This document shows positions 48,494 to 58,904 of a stretch of 64,000 nucleotides of DNA, piece by piece. Under the pieces are notes generated by a model. It was not told where the DNA came from. It searched no databases and worked only from the letters and a program-made list of their open reading frames with translations. The DNA is taken from the NCBI RefSeq assembly GCF_004353825.1, contig NZ_SMNA01000004.1, positions 434,001 to 498,000 on the forward strand, given 5' to 3'. The DNA is from Occultella glacieicola. GTDB lineage: Bacteria; Actinomycetota; Actinomycetes; Actinomycetales; Beutenbergiaceae. Each line of letters begins with the position of its first letter. Position 1 is the stretch's first letter. Both the position numbers and the translations under genes were made by a program.

Positions 48494-50050
48494 ATGGTCG
48501 GGCAGGGCGTGATCGTGGCCGTCGACCAGGGCACGTCCGCGACGAAGGCGATCGCGCTCGACGGCGCCGGCCGGGTGGTCGCGTCCGTCACCCGGGCACT
48601 GGGCCAGTCGCACCCGCGGCCGGGCTGGGTGGAACAGGACGCCACCGCGATCCTGGACGGGGTGCGGGCGGCGGTCGCCGACGTGCTCGCCCGGGTCGAC
48701 GCGCCGGTCCTCGGCCTCGGCCTGAGCAGCCAGCGCGAATCGGCGCTGCTGTGGGACACCCGCAGCGGTGAGCCGCTGGGCCCGGTGCTGGGCTGGCAGG
48801 ACCGGCGCACCTCCGCCGCGGCCGCACGCCTGGCAGCCCACGATGCCGAGGTGCGCGAGCGCAGCGGGCTGCCCATCGACCCGATGTTCTCCGCGCTCAA
48901 GCTCGGCTGGCTGCTCGACGAGGTGGATCCGGACCGCTCCCGCAGCGCGCGCGGCGAGATCGCCGCCGGCACCGTGGACTCCTGGCTCGTCCACGCCCTG
49001 ACCGGCGAGCACCGGATCGAGATCGGCAACGCCAGCCGCACCCAGCTGCTGAACCTGGCCACCGGAACCTGGGACGAGCGGCTCCTGGACCTCTTCGGCG
49101 TGCCGGCGAACGTGCTGCCCCGGGTGGTCGCCTCCACCGGGGCGTCCCTGCCGATCGCGGAGTTCGGGGGGTTGCGGATCCACGCCGTGCTCGGCGACTC
49201 CCACGCGGCCCTGTACGCCCACGGGGTGCGCGAGCCCGGCGCGGTGAAGGTCACCTACGGCACCGGGTCCTCGGTGATGGGCCTGCTCACCGGCGAGCGC
49301 AGGGGGATCGCCGGCGGTGCGGCCGCGGGGGCGGGCAGTGCCGCGGACCCTGCCGACGCGGTGCGCGCAGACTCCGAGGGGCCGATCCCGGCCGGTCTCG
49401 TCGGCACGATCGCCTGGCAGCTCGGCGACGCGCCGCACCAGCTCGCGTTCGAGGGCAACATCCTGGCCACCGGTGCCACGATCGCCTGGCTGTCCCGCCT
49501 CCTCGGCCGCGCCGTGCCCGAGCTCGCGGCCCTGGCCCGGACCGCCGGCGCCGATCACGGCGTCCACCTGGTACCCGCGTTCGCCGGGCTCGGCGCGCCC
49601 TGGTGGGACCCGGGTGCGCGGGCGGTGCTCTCCGGATTCGACCTCGGTACCGACGCCGCCGTGCTCGCCCGCGCGGGGGCCGAGTCGATCGCGCACCAGG
49701 TGGAGGACGTGCTCGCCGCCGCGGACGCCGCCGGCCCGGTCACCGACGTGCTCGCCGACGGTGGGCCGTCCGCGGACGACTGGCTGATGCAGCTCCAGGC
49801 CGACCTGAGCGGCCGGCGGGTGCACCGGGGCTCCCGCGAGTCCCTGTCCGCCTGCGGCGCCGGCCTGCTCGCCGGCGACGCCCTCGGCCTGAGCCTCCCC
49901 GCTGACTCGGACTCGCACCCGGCCATGACCACCTTCACACCGGCGCTCCCGGCCGGCCGTGCCGGCGAGCGCCGCGAGGCGTGGCGGCGAGCCGTCCACC
50001 TGACCCGGGCGGCGCCGTCGGGCATCGACACAGACCCCATCACCACCTGA
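48494..50050 (+). CDS. aplK: FGGY carbohydrate kinase, probably apulose kinase
   Basis: [38 protein letters not shown]; directly upstream of apsI. Confidence 0.75.
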   Translation: MVGQGVIVAVDQGTSATKAIALDGAGRVVASVTRALGQSHPRPGWVEQDATAILDGVRAAVADVLARVDAPVLGLGLSSQRESALLWDTRSGEPLGPVLGWQDRRTSAAAARLAAHDAEVRERSGLPIDPMFSALKLGWLLDEVDPDRSRSARGEIAAGTVDSWLVHALTGEHRIEIGNASRTQLLNLATGTWDERLLDLFGVPANVLPRVVASTGASLPIAEFGGLRIHAVLGDSHAALYAHGVREPGAVKVTYGTGSSVMGLLTGERRGIAGGAAAGAGSAADPADAVRADSEGPIPAGLVGTIAWQLGDAPHQLAFEGNILATGATIAWLSRLLGRAVPELAALARTAGADHGVHLVPAFAGLGAPWWDPGARAVLSGFDLGTDAAVLARAGAESIAHQVEDVLAAADAAGPVTDVLADGGPSADDWLMQLQADLSGRRVHRGSRESLSACGAGLLAGDALGLSLPADSDSHPAMTTFTPALPAGRAGERREAWRRAVHLTRAAPSGIDTDPITT

Positions 50051-50058
50051 GGAGACGC

Positions 50059-51039
50059 ATGAGTGACCAACGCTACGGCGCGGGAATCTGGCACTTCGCC
50101 ACCTACGTGGACCGCTATGCCACCGACGGCTACGGCGAGCCGCGCACCATCCTCGACGCGATCGAGCTCGCCGGGCGGGTCCGGGACCTGTCCGTGGTGG
50201 ACCTGAACTACCCGTTCTTCGGCGGCGAGTTCAGCAACGACGAGGTCGGCGCCGCGCTGCGCACGGCCGGGCTCGAGGTCATCGGGATCACGCCCGAGAT
50301 CTACACCCGGGTGTTCGCCAAGGGGTCGTTCACGAACCCCGACCCGGGCGTGCGGCGGCTCACCCACGAGCTCGTCACCGAGGCCGCGGGCGTGGTGCGC
50401 CACTTCGGCGCCGACTACGTGAAGCTCTGGCCGGGGCAGGACGGCTGGGACTACCCGTTCCAGGTGGACCACGGGGCGCTCTGGAAGGCCTCGCTCGACG
50501 GCGTCGGTGCGCTCGCGAGCGAGAACCCGGATCTGAAGTTCGTGATCGAGTACAAGCCGCGTGAGCCGCGGGTGCACATGAGCTTCGACTCGGTATCGCG
50601 GACCCTGCTCGGCATCGAGCGGATCGGGCTGCCGAACGTGGGCATCCTGCTCGACTTCGGGCACGCGCTGTTCGGCGGCGAGTCCCCGGCCGACTCCGCG
50701 CAGCTGGCGATCGACTACGGGCGCCTGTTCGGCATGGACGTCAACGACAACCTGCGCGGCTGGGACGACGACATGATCGCCGGCAGCGTGCACCCGATCG
50801 AGCTGTTCGAGTTCTTCTACACGCTGCGCCGCAACAACTGGGAGGGCGTGTGGCAGCTCGACCAGTTCCCGTTCCGGGAGGACTCTGTGGAGGCCGCGAA
50901 CCTGGCGATCGACTTCCTCAAGGCGGTCGAGCGCGGACTGGACAAGCTGGACGTCGCCGGCGTGGTCGAGGCGCAGTCGCGGCATGACTCGGTGACGGCG
51001 CTGCGGCTCGTGCAGCAGGCCCTGTTCACGTCCTACTGA
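50059..51039 (+). CDS. apsI: Xylose-isomerase-like D-apiose isomerase
   Basis: [53 protein letters not shown] and [10 protein letters not shown] are characteristic of ApsI as I recall it. Confidence 0.8.
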   Translation: MSDQRYGAGIWHFATYVDRYATDGYGEPRTILDAIELAGRVRDLSVVDLNYPFFGGEFSNDEVGAALRTAGLEVIGITPEIYTRVFAKGSFTNPDPGVRRLTHELVTEAAGVVRHFGADYVKLWPGQDGWDYPFQVDHGALWKASLDGVGALASENPDLKFVIEYKPREPRVHMSFDSVSRTLLGIERIGLPNVGILLDFGHALFGGESPADSAQLAIDYGRLFGMDVNDNLRGWDDDMIAGSVHPIELFEFFYTLRRNNWEGVWQLDQFPFREDSVEAANLAIDFLKAVERGLDKLDVAGVVEAQSRHDSVTALRLVQQALFTSY

Positions 51040-51072
51040 GCACCGATGGTCGCGGGCAGTAGTGTTCACGCC

Positions 51073-52050
51073 ATGTCTTCCGGACCGGGCGGCGCGGGAC
51101 GCGTCTCGAGCGATCGGATGTCCCTGCTCGTCAAGATCGCGCGGATGTACCACGAGCAGGGGCTGCGCCAGCCGGAGATCGCCGAACGGCTGCACATCTC
51201 GCAGTCGCGGGTCTCCCGGTTCCTGAAGGAGGCCGTCTCGCTCGGGATCGTGCGCACCGTGGTGGTGCCACCGCCGGGGGTGTTCTCCGAGCTGGAGGAG
51301 GCCGTCCGGGAGCAGTACGGGCTCGCCGATGTGGTCGTGGCCGGGCCGTCCACCGACGATGACGCAGCGGTGCTCGCCGCGATCGGCGGGGCCGGCGCCG
51401 CGTACCTGGAGACCACCCTGATCGGGGCGGAACGGGTCGGCATCTCGTCCTGGTCCGCATCCCTGCTGGCCGTGGTCGAGGCGATGTCCCCGCGCGCCAC
51501 CCGTTCCGCCGAGGTGGTGGTGCAGGTGCTTGGCGGCGTCGGGGACCCGCGGGTGCAGGTCCAGGCCACCCGGCTCACCGACCGGCTCGCGCAGGTCACC
51601 GGTGGAACGGGCCTGTACTTCCCGGCACCCGGGGTGGTCTCCTCGCCGACCGTGCGGGACGCGCTCCTGGCCGACCCCTACATCTCCGACGTGGCCGCCG
51701 CCTGGTCCTCGCTCAGCGTGGTGCTGGTCGGCATCGGATCCGTGCAGCCGTCGCCGTTGCTGGTCTCCTCCGGCAACGCCCTGCCGGAGGCCGACCTGGA
51801 CCTGCTGCGCGCGGCCGGGGCGGTGGGCGACGTCTGCCTGCGGTTCTTCGACTCCGACGGCGCCCTGGTCCCGACCGACCTGCACGAACGGGTCCTGGGC
51901 ATCAGCGCCGAGGCCCTGCGGGCCATCCCCCGCAAGATCGGCGTGGCCGGCGGGCCGCGCAAGTTCGAGGCGATCCGAGCCGCGCTCCGGGGCGGCTGGA
52001 TCGACGTCCTGATCACCGACAGCTTCACCGCCCGCCGCCTCGTCGACTGA
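51073..52050 (+). CDS. SorC/LsrR-type sugar-binding transcriptional regulator
   Basis: KIARMYH..QPEIAERL.ISQSRVSR; GAVGDVC, VAGG..K, LITD. Start may be 51046. Confidence 0.9.
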   Translation: MSSGPGGAGRVSSDRMSLLVKIARMYHEQGLRQPEIAERLHISQSRVSRFLKEAVSLGIVRTVVVPPPGVFSELEEAVREQYGLADVVVAGPSTDDDAAVLAAIGGAGAAYLETTLIGAERVGISSWSASLLAVVEAMSPRATRSAEVVVQVLGGVGDPRVQVQATRLTDRLAQVTGGTGLYFPAPGVVSSPTVRDALLADPYISDVAAAWSSLSVVLVGIGSVQPSPLLVSSGNALPEADLDLLRAAGAVGDVCLRFFDSDGALVPTDLHERVLGISAEALRAIPRKIGVAGGPRKFEAIRAALRGGWIDVLITDSFTARRLVD

Positions 52051-52200
52051 GGCGCCGAGTCCTGCCGCAGCACCCGATCATCCCGTCCCCGGCGCGCCCG
52101 CAAGCCACTCACGACCGGCCTGCCGGACCGGCGTCGCCGACGCGCCGAGACAAGCCCTGCCCAGCCAAACCCCTGCCCAGCCAACCCTTAGGAGTTCCAC

Positions 52201-53547
52201 ATGCTGCTCGACAAGCCGTGGCAACACGGGCGGATCGAGACCTCCGCCGACGGTCACCACTTCCAGCACGAGGACGGCACGCCGTTCTTCTGGCAGGCCG
52301 ACACGGTCTGGCTGCTGCTGACCCGGCTGTCCCTGGCCGAGGCGGAGGAGTACTTCGCCGACCGGCACGCCAAGGGATTCAACGTCGCCCAGGTGATGGT
52401 GATCCACGGCCCGACCAGCGCCACGCTGGAGGGGCGCCTGCCGTTCCTCGACGAGGACCTGACCCGGCCGGACACCCGCCCGGCCGATCCGGGGGAAGGA
52501 CTCGACGGGCCCTCCTTCTGGGACCACCTCGAGAAGGTGCTCGAGCTGGCCGCCCGGTGGGGGATCTATCTGGGCCTCGTTCCGGTCTGGGGGAGCAACC
52601 TCCAGCACGGCGGCCACTCGGACGAGGCCGTTGCCGCCTACGGCACCTGGCTCGCGCGCCGCTACCGGCACCACCCGAACATCGTCTGGCTCAACGGTGG
52701 CGACCTGCGCGGGGACACCCGGATGCCGGCCTGGCAGGGCCTCGGGGCGGCACTGCGGAAGAACGACCCCACGCACCTGATCACGTTCCACCCGTTCGGG
52801 CGGTGCCAGTCCTCCACCTGGTTCCACACCGAGCCCTGGCTGGACTTCAACATGTTCCAGTCCGGTCACCGCGACTACGCGCAGGTCTGGGACGACAGCC
52901 CGGCCACCTGGAAGGGCCCCGACAACTGGCGCCACGTCGAACACGACTACCAGCGCTACCCGGCCCGGCCCACGGTGGACGGCGAGCCCGGCTACGAGGC
53001 GATCCCGCGCGGGCTGCACGACCCGGTGCACGGCTACTGGGGACACGACGACTCCCGGCGCTTCGCCTACTGGGCCGTGTTCGCGGGAGCGGCCGGCCAC
53101 ACCTACGGCCACAACGCCGTCATCCAGGTTCACAAGCCGGGGTATTCGCCCGCGTACGCCGTCACCATGGACTGGCGGGAGGGCCTGGTCGCGCCGGGCT
53201 CGAAGGACCTGCAGCACCTGAAGAACCTGCTGCTGTCCTACCCGTACTTCGAGCGCATCCCCGACCAGACGGTCGTCGTGGGCGAGCCGGGCATCCGGGA
53301 GGACCGGCTCGTCGTCACCCGAGGCGAGGGCTACCTGTTCGCCTACCGGTTCACGGGCCGACCGTTCCAGCTCCGGGGCGAGGTCCTGCCGGGGGAGGAG
53401 GTGCGGATGCGCTGGATGGATCCGCTGACCGGTGGCTTCGTCGGGGAGGCGCTGGTGCCGAACCGGGGGGTGCTCAGCTTCACGCCGCCGGTCGGAGCGA
53501 ACGGGAACACGGACATGGTGCTGGTGCTCGATGCCCCCGGCTCCTGA
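52201..53547 (+). CDS. DUF4038/GH140-like apiosidase
   Basis: DGTPFFWQADTVW, NIVWLNGGD, ITFHP, WLDFNMFQSGH, DGEPGYE, GHTYGH; AGGAG RBS. Confidence 0.82.
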   Translation: MLLDKPWQHGRIETSADGHHFQHEDGTPFFWQADTVWLLLTRLSLAEAEEYFADRHAKGFNVAQVMVIHGPTSATLEGRLPFLDEDLTRPDTRPADPGEGLDGPSFWDHLEKVLELAARWGIYLGLVPVWGSNLQHGGHSDEAVAAYGTWLARRYRHHPNIVWLNGGDLRGDTRMPAWQGLGAALRKNDPTHLITFHPFGRCQSSTWFHTEPWLDFNMFQSGHRDYAQVWDDSPATWKGPDNWRHVEHDYQRYPARPTVDGEPGYEAIPRGLHDPVHGYWGHDDSRRFAYWAVFAGAAGHTYGHNAVIQVHKPGYSPAYAVTMDWREGLVAPGSKDLQHLKNLLLSYPYFERIPDQTVVVGEPGIREDRLVVTRGEGYLFAYRFTGRPFQLRGEVLPGEEVRMRWMDPLTGGFVGEALVPNRGVLSFTPPVGANGNTDMVLVLDAPGS

Positions 53548-53586
53548 CCCGGTTGCGCCGCCCGAGACCACCCGTCTAGGGTTTGT

Positions 53587-53598
53587 TGAAACGTTTTA
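53587..53598. promoter_or_regulatory. LacI-type operator
   Basis: TGAAACGTTTTA; the same core occurs at 58860. Confidence 0.6.
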
Positions 53599-53628
53599 CC
53601 ACGAACGACGGCGGGAGCTGACGCGGCG

Positions 53629-55686
53629 ATGACGGCACGGATCGGGTTCGGGGCCGCCTACTACCCGGAGTACCAGCCGACCCCACGCCTGGGCGAGGAC
53701 CTCCGGCTGATGCGGGAGGCGGGCTTCAGCGTGATCCGGGTCGGCGAGTCGACCTGGAGCACCTGGGAACCGGAGGACGGCCGGTTCGAGACCGCGTGGA
53801 TGCGGGAGGTCCTCGACGCCGCCGCCGAGCACGGCATCGACGTCATCCTCGGCACCCCCACCTACGCCGCCCCGCCGTGGCTGGCCCGCGCCCACCCCGA
53901 GATCGCCGCCGAGGCCGCCCGGGGCGTTCGCCTCGGGTGGGGTGCGCGGCAGGAGATCGACATCACGAACCCGACGTTCCGCCGGTACGCGGAGCGGGTG
54001 ATCCGGCGGATCGTGACCGACCTGGGCGACCACCCGGCCGTGGTCGGCTACCAGCTCGACAACGAGCCGGGCCTGCTGCTGCTGCACAACGACGCCGTCT
54101 TCGCGTCGTTCCGCACCTGGCTCGCCGAACGGTTCGACGGCGTCGCTGACCTGAACGACCGGTGGGGGCTCGCGTACTGGTCGCACCGGCTGTCCACCTG
54201 GGCCGACCTGTGGCGCCCGGACGGCAACGCGCAGCCGCAGTACGCCCTGGCCTGGCGGCTGTACCAGGCCGAGGTCGTCGCCGGTTTCATCGGCTGGCAG
54301 GCGGGCATCGTGCGCGAGCTGGCGCGGCCGGAGCAGTGGCTGACCACCTGCATCGCCTACGACCGGCCGGCCGCGGACGACCTGCGGATCGCCGCCGAGC
54401 TCGACATCGCCTCCGGGAACGCCTACTACCGGATGCAGGACGGGCTGCGGCACCCGGCGCCGGTGCGCCCGCAGGGCTGGATGACCGACGGCACCTGGAG
54501 CGTGTTCCTGTCCGCCGACCGGATGTTCGGCTCCCGGCGGGCACCGTTCCTGGTCACCGAGACCAACGCCGGGGCGATCAACGTCGCGAACGTCAGTGAG
54601 CCCGGCTGGGACGGGCAGTGGCGCCAGGCGGCGTGGGCGATGATCGGCCGTGGCGCCCGGCTGATCGAGTACTGGCACTGGCACACGGCGCACTTCGGCA
54701 CCGAGACGCACTGGGTCGGGGTGCTCCCACATGACCAGCGCCCCGGCCGGGTGTACCGCAACATCGCCGAGCTCGGGCAGGAGATCCGGCAGCTCGGGGA
54801 GCGGGTCGCGGCGACCACCCCGGACGCCGACGTCGGCCTCGTGTTCTCGACCCCGTCGAAGTACGCCCTCGCCTTCGAACCGGTCTTCGGCGACGAGCGT
54901 CCCGCGCCCGCCTCGCGCAGCTACCAACGCCTTGTCGAGGCGTTCTACCGGGGTGCCTTCGACGCCGGGCTGCAGGCTCACGTGCTGCACGACCGGGCGC
55001 TGCCGAGCGGCGCCGAGCTCGCCGAGCAGTACCGGGTGCTGATCGTGCCGGGCCTGTACGTGAGCCCCGACGGGGTGCTTGCGACCCTGCGCGACTACGT
55101 CGCCGCGGGCGGCCACCTCGTGCTCGGCCCACGCACCGGCTACGCGGACGAGTGGGCGGTGGCCCGCCGCACCCCGCAGCCGGCCGGCCTGGCCGACCTC
55201 GCCGGCGCGTCCTACCAGGAGTTCACCACGCTGACCGAACCGGTGCCGGTCACCGGTCCGGACGGCGGCCGCCTCGGCGCCGCCGAGGGCTGGGCCGAGC
55301 TGCTCGAGGCCGACGACGCCGAGGTCCTGGCTCGCTACGACCACCGCGAGCTGGGCGCGTTCGCGGCGGCGACCACCCTCGCGCGCGGAGCCGGCCGGGT
55401 GACCACGGTGGGCTTCGCACCCGACCCGGGCGCTGCCGTCGGGCTCCTGCGGCAGGCCGCCGACCGCAGCGGCCTGACGCCGTTCACGAGCCGGGCGGCG
55501 TCCGTCACGCACTCCTCCGCCACCGGCCCGCAGGAGCGGGTGCACTTCTACTTCAACTGGTCGGGTGAGGCCGTCACGATCGACTGGCCGGAGGGCCAGA
55601 GCGACCGCGACGGCGGCCGGCAGGGCGCGCTGGCGCTGTCCGGCTGGGACGTCCGGTTGCTCTGGGAACCGCTCGGCGGGCACTGA
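53629..55686 (+). CDS. GH42 beta-galactosidase family protein
   Basis: FGAAYYPEY, RVGESTWS, GTPTYAAPPW, acid/base DNEP, nucleophile TETN. Confidence 0.9.
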   Translation: MTARIGFGAAYYPEYQPTPRLGEDLRLMREAGFSVIRVGESTWSTWEPEDGRFETAWMREVLDAAAEHGIDVILGTPTYAAPPWLARAHPEIAAEAARGVRLGWGARQEIDITNPTFRRYAERVIRRIVTDLGDHPAVVGYQLDNEPGLLLLHNDAVFASFRTWLAERFDGVADLNDRWGLAYWSHRLSTWADLWRPDGNAQPQYALAWRLYQAEVVAGFIGWQAGIVRELARPEQWLTTCIAYDRPAADDLRIAAELDIASGNAYYRMQDGLRHPAPVRPQGWMTDGTWSVFLSADRMFGSRRAPFLVTETNAGAINVANVSEPGWDGQWRQAAWAMIGRGARLIEYWHWHTAHFGTETHWVGVLPHDQRPGRVYRNIAELGQEIRQLGERVAATTPDADVGLVFSTPSKYALAFEPVFGDERPAPASRSYQRLVEAFYRGAFDAGLQAHVLHDRALPSGAELAEQYRVLIVPGLYVSPDGVLATLRDYVAAGGHLVLGPRTGYADEWAVARRTPQPAGLADLAGASYQEFTTLTEPVPVTGPDGGRLGAAEGWAELLEADDAEVLARYDHRELGAFAAATTLARGAGRVTTVGFAPDPGAAVGLLRQAADRSGLTPFTSRAASVTHSSATGPQERVHFYFNWSGEAVTIDWPEGQSDRDGGRQGALALSGWDVRLLWEPLGGH

Positions 55687-55720
55687 GCGGCACTGAGCGG
55701 CACTGAGCGGCCCTGAGCGG
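55681..55720 (+). repeat. 10-bp tandem repeat x4 (CACTGAGCGG)
   Basis: Three exact units and one variant between convergent genes. Confidence 0.9.
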
Positions 55721-55725
55721 CGGGG

Positions 55726-56718
55726 TCAGGACCGGGCGAGCGCGATCCCGCGCCGCTCGCGCTGCAGGTAGGAGCCGATCCGGACCGGCTCGGTCAGCGG
55801 TGCGACCGCGCAGTAGTAGTGCTCGAGGCGGCCACGGTGGGTGATCACGGCGGGTTTGTGCGCGTAGGTGGCGTCGACGGAGCCGGGGCCGCCCATGTCG
55901 ATGAGGACCTGCTCGGACCGGTGCCAGGTGCGCAGGTCGCTCGAGTGGGCGAACGTCTCCCGGGCCCGGCCGTCGCTGCAGAGGCCGAAGTAGAACATCA
56001 CCCAGCGGTCGCCGTCCCACAGCACGCACGGGTCCGAGGCGAACCGGTCGTCGAGCGACCCGGGCGGCCCGTTCCGGACCAGCGGCCCGTCGCCGACCCG
56101 CTCCCAGCCGAGCAGGTCGGCCGACCGGGCCGCCCCGGTCTGCTCCTGCCAGCCGCGGGGCGAGGCGTCCTTGGCGTTGTAGAACAGCCAGAACTCGCCG
56201 TCGGTGTGCATCAGCCAGGACTTGTACAGGCCGCCCCGCTCCCAGGCGCCGCCGTCCTCCGGGCGAAGCTGCGCCCCGTACTCCTCCCAGGTGCGCAGGT
56301 CGCGGCTGCGGACGATGCCGACGATGCCGGGGCCCGCCTCGTAGCCCGCGGCCGGGTAGGCATGGAAGGTGCCGTAGTACCAGCCGTCGATCGCGAGCAG
56401 CTCGCCGTCGCCGCGCAGGTCCACGTCGCGCACGATCGAGGTGAGCGCCGCGTTGTAGCGGCGGTGCGGGGAGTCCGGGTCCCGCCCGAGGATCAGTTCC
56501 GGTGTGGACCAGGACGTCCCGTCGAACCAGGACAGGCCGGTCTGGTAGCCGAGGCCGTCCCAGCCGACGACCGTCATGCCGAGCCGCCCCCGGTGGTGGA
56601 ACACGAACGGGCAGTCGACGCCGTGGGAGTGGAAGTCGCCCTCGCGCAGAGTCGGCGCGAGGACCAGTTCTGGTTCCTTGTGCGGGGTCGCGAGCCGGGT
56701 CGCGAGGTCGGCGCTCAT
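55726..56718 (-). CDS. Five-bladed beta-propeller glycosidase, GH137-like
   Basis: TPHK..LVLAP...VDCPFVF...GYQTG, WERGGLYK, FYNAK, EQTG, FASDP; resembles the BT0996 GH137 module. Confidence 0.6.
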   Translation of the reverse strand: MSADLATRLATPHKEPELVLAPTLREGDFHSHGVDCPFVFHHRGRLGMTVVGWDGLGYQTGLSWFDGTSWSTPELILGRDPDSPHRRYNAALTSIVRDVDLRGDGELLAIDGWYYGTFHAYPAAGYEAGPGIVGIVRSRDLRTWEEYGAQLRPEDGGAWERGGLYKSWLMHTDGEFWLFYNAKDASPRGWQEQTGAARSADLLGWERVGDGPLVRNGPPGSLDDRFASDPCVLWDGDRWVMFYFGLCSDGRARETFAHSSDLRTWHRSEQVLIDMGGPGSVDATYAHKPAVITHRGRLEHYYCAVAPLTEPVRIGSYLQRERRGIALARS

Positions 56719-56746
56719 GTGGTTCTCCTTCGGGCGGGTGCGTGGG

Positions 56747-58825
56747 TCAGGGTCGGGCCGGGAAGCCCTCGGCGACGGCGGCCCATCCCTCGGGCAGGTC
56801 GACTCGCCGGGGTAGGCCGTCGGGCTCGACCCAGCCGCCGAACAGCAGCGCGGCGGCCATCAGCAGCCCGCCGTTGCCGGGCAGGTACAGGGGCATCCGG
56901 TGCGGCACCTGCCGGTTGTGGCCGTTGGCCAGGAAGGTGTTCTTGTCCTCGCCGCGCACCAGCGCGTCGAGGGCGATGTCGGCGCGGCCGAGCCGGGTGG
57001 CGCACATCGCGATCATCGGGAAGTCCCAGCCCCAGGCGCTGCGCCACTCCCACCGTTCGCAGGCCCGCTGGAGGGTGCGCAGCATCGCCGGGTGGTCGAG
57101 GGCGCCGGTGTCCGGCACCACTCCGAGCGCGCCGAGCATCGAGGGATGGTCGGTGAACACGGTCCGGGCCGGGTTCGCCACCGCGTCGTAGCACCCGTCC
57201 GGGCTGAGCACCGGGCGCAGCCCGGCGGCCACGTCCGCCCACTCCTGCGGCTGCTCGCGACCATCGTCCCGACGCCAGCGCAGCGCCACCTGCAGCGCCC
57301 ACCGGACGTAGGCGACCTCGAACAGCGGGTCCCAGGTCTCGCGCGCCCCGTACACCTCCTGGGCGGGCATCAGCGGCGGCGGCAGGTGGTACGCGCCGTC
57401 CTCGCCGAGCAGGGCGAACGAGGCGAGGAACTCGGCAGTCTCGTCGACCAGGCCGCGGTAACGCTCGCGCACCCCGGCACCTCCGGCACCCGCCCCGGTC
57501 CGCAGCAGTTCCGCGTAGTGGATCACGTGGGGCTGTTGCCAGAGCAGCAACGGCCCGATCTCGTTCGGGCTCTCGACCCCCTCCGGGCCGACGTGTTTGG
57601 GCCACCGGGCACCCCGGAAGCCCTGGGACGCCGCGGTGCGGCGGGCGACCGGCAGGATCGTGGCGTACCAGGCCAGGCTGCGCTCGAGCAACTCCGGGCG
57701 GCCCCACGCCGGGAAGTGCGCGGCGTGCCACCAGTGCATCTCGAGGTGGAACGTGCCGCCCCAGCTGTTGCAGACGAGCCCGGTCTCCTGCGGCGGGGTG
57801 CTGCCCGAGCAGTGCACCTTCGTCTGGTACTGGGACAGCACGATTCGCCGTTCCAGCTCGCCGGCCCCGGCCGCGCTGCTGGCCCCGAGATCGACGGCGG
57901 CGCCCGACTCCCAGAAGTCCGCCCAGCCCTGGGCCGAGTGGTCCAGCACCGCGGCCGCGTCGTCGAGGACCTCGGTGCCCAGGGCGGGGGCGAACTCGAC
58001 CACGGCGGCGAGCCGCGGCCCGGTCGCCCGCAGCTCCCAGGCGTGCCCGTCCCCCGCGACGGCGACCCCACCCGCAGCGCGCACCTGGTACCGGGCCTCG
58101 TCCAGCCGGCGGTCCCAGACGACGGTGCCGCCGTCCCGGTGCGCCGTGGTGATGTGGGCGTCGGGTCGGTGCCAGACCGGGGGCGCCTCGAAGCTCTCCT
58201 CCACGGACGGGAAGGCGATCCCGACGGCGAGGCGTCCGCCGGCGAGCAGCGGCGAGTCGATCTCGAACGCGACCGCGTCACGCTCGGGGTCGACGGCGGT
58301 GCGCACCCGCACGTCGACACCGGCCAGGGTGAAGGTGCTGGTGACGACGCCGGTCCAGAGGTCCAGTTCCTGACTGCCGGCCCGCACCTGCTCCCAGGCG
58401 GGTGCCCGACCGTCGAGCAGCAGCCCGATCCGGGCCAGGTGCAGCCGCTGCGGGTTCGTCCAGTAGTAGTAGCCGGCGGCGCGTCCGGACGCCTCGGAGG
58501 CCTCGCGGTCCTCGCGGAAGTCGTACGCGGTCGGGTACTCGACCGGGCCCCGCGGGCTCTCGTAGACCTCCATGGTGTCCTCGAGCCGCCGGCCGCGGGG
58601 GTTCGGTGCCCAGTGGTAGCCCCACTGGGCCTGGGTGCCGAGCGGCATCGCGGCCTCGCCGCGCTCGCGGGCGGCGCCGCGTTCGTAGCGGTCGGCGAAC
58701 GTCTGCAGACCGGTGTGGTCCACGGTGAACGCGAACTCGCCGTTGCCGACGGACACCGGTTCCTCTGGCCGGGGCTCGGTGTAACGGATCGTGTGGCGGC
58801 GGACAAGGGCTTCGCGGTCGATCAC
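56747..58825 (-). CDS. Six-hairpin glycosidase (GH65/GH95-like fold), specificity unknown
   Basis: IDREALVRRH, SVGNGEFAFT.D.TGLQT, PQETGL..NSW, HLEMHWWH, WGWDFPM, YLPGNG. Confidence 0.7.
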   Translation of the reverse strand: MIDREALVRRHTIRYTEPRPEEPVSVGNGEFAFTVDHTGLQTFADRYERGAARERGEAAMPLGTQAQWGYHWAPNPRGRRLEDTMEVYESPRGPVEYPTAYDFREDREASEASGRAAGYYYWTNPQRLHLARIGLLLDGRAPAWEQVRAGSQELDLWTGVVTSTFTLAGVDVRVRTAVDPERDAVAFEIDSPLLAGGRLAVGIAFPSVEESFEAPPVWHRPDAHITTAHRDGGTVVWDRRLDEARYQVRAAGGVAVAGDGHAWELRATGPRLAAVVEFAPALGTEVLDDAAAVLDHSAQGWADFWESGAAVDLGASSAAGAGELERRIVLSQYQTKVHCSGSTPPQETGLVCNSWGGTFHLEMHWWHAAHFPAWGRPELLERSLAWYATILPVARRTAASQGFRGARWPKHVGPEGVESPNEIGPLLLWQQPHVIHYAELLRTGAGAGGAGVRERYRGLVDETAEFLASFALLGEDGAYHLPPPLMPAQEVYGARETWDPLFEVAYVRWALQVALRWRRDDGREQPQEWADVAAGLRPVLSPDGCYDAVANPARTVFTDHPSMLGALGVVPDTGALDHPAMLRTLQRACERWEWRSAWGWDFPMIAMCATRLGRADIALDALVRGEDKNTFLANGHNRQVPHRMPLYLPGNGGLLMAAALLFGGWVEPDGLPRRVDLPEGWAAVAEGFPARP

Positions 58826-58859
58826 GAGGGGACTCCGGGGCTGAGGGCAGACGTGGTGG

Positions 58860-58871
58860 TGAAACGTTTGT
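58860..58871. promoter_or_regulatory. LacI-type operator between divergent genes
   Basis: TGAAACGTTTGT; TACCAT -10 six nt before the regulator ATG suggests a leaderless transcript. Confidence 0.6.
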
Positions 58872-58904
58872 GCAGATCCTTGCCAACGCCGTTACCATCC
58901 GAGG

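Noticed and set aside
52155..52184. Tandem CCCTGCCCAGCCAA duplication upstream of the apiosidase
   Set aside because: Looks like simple slippage, with no second occurrence supporting an operator role.
55681..55720. 10-bp tandem repeat as a phase-variation locus
   Set aside because: It starts at the stop codon and lies between convergent genes, so copy number would not change a reading frame or promoter.
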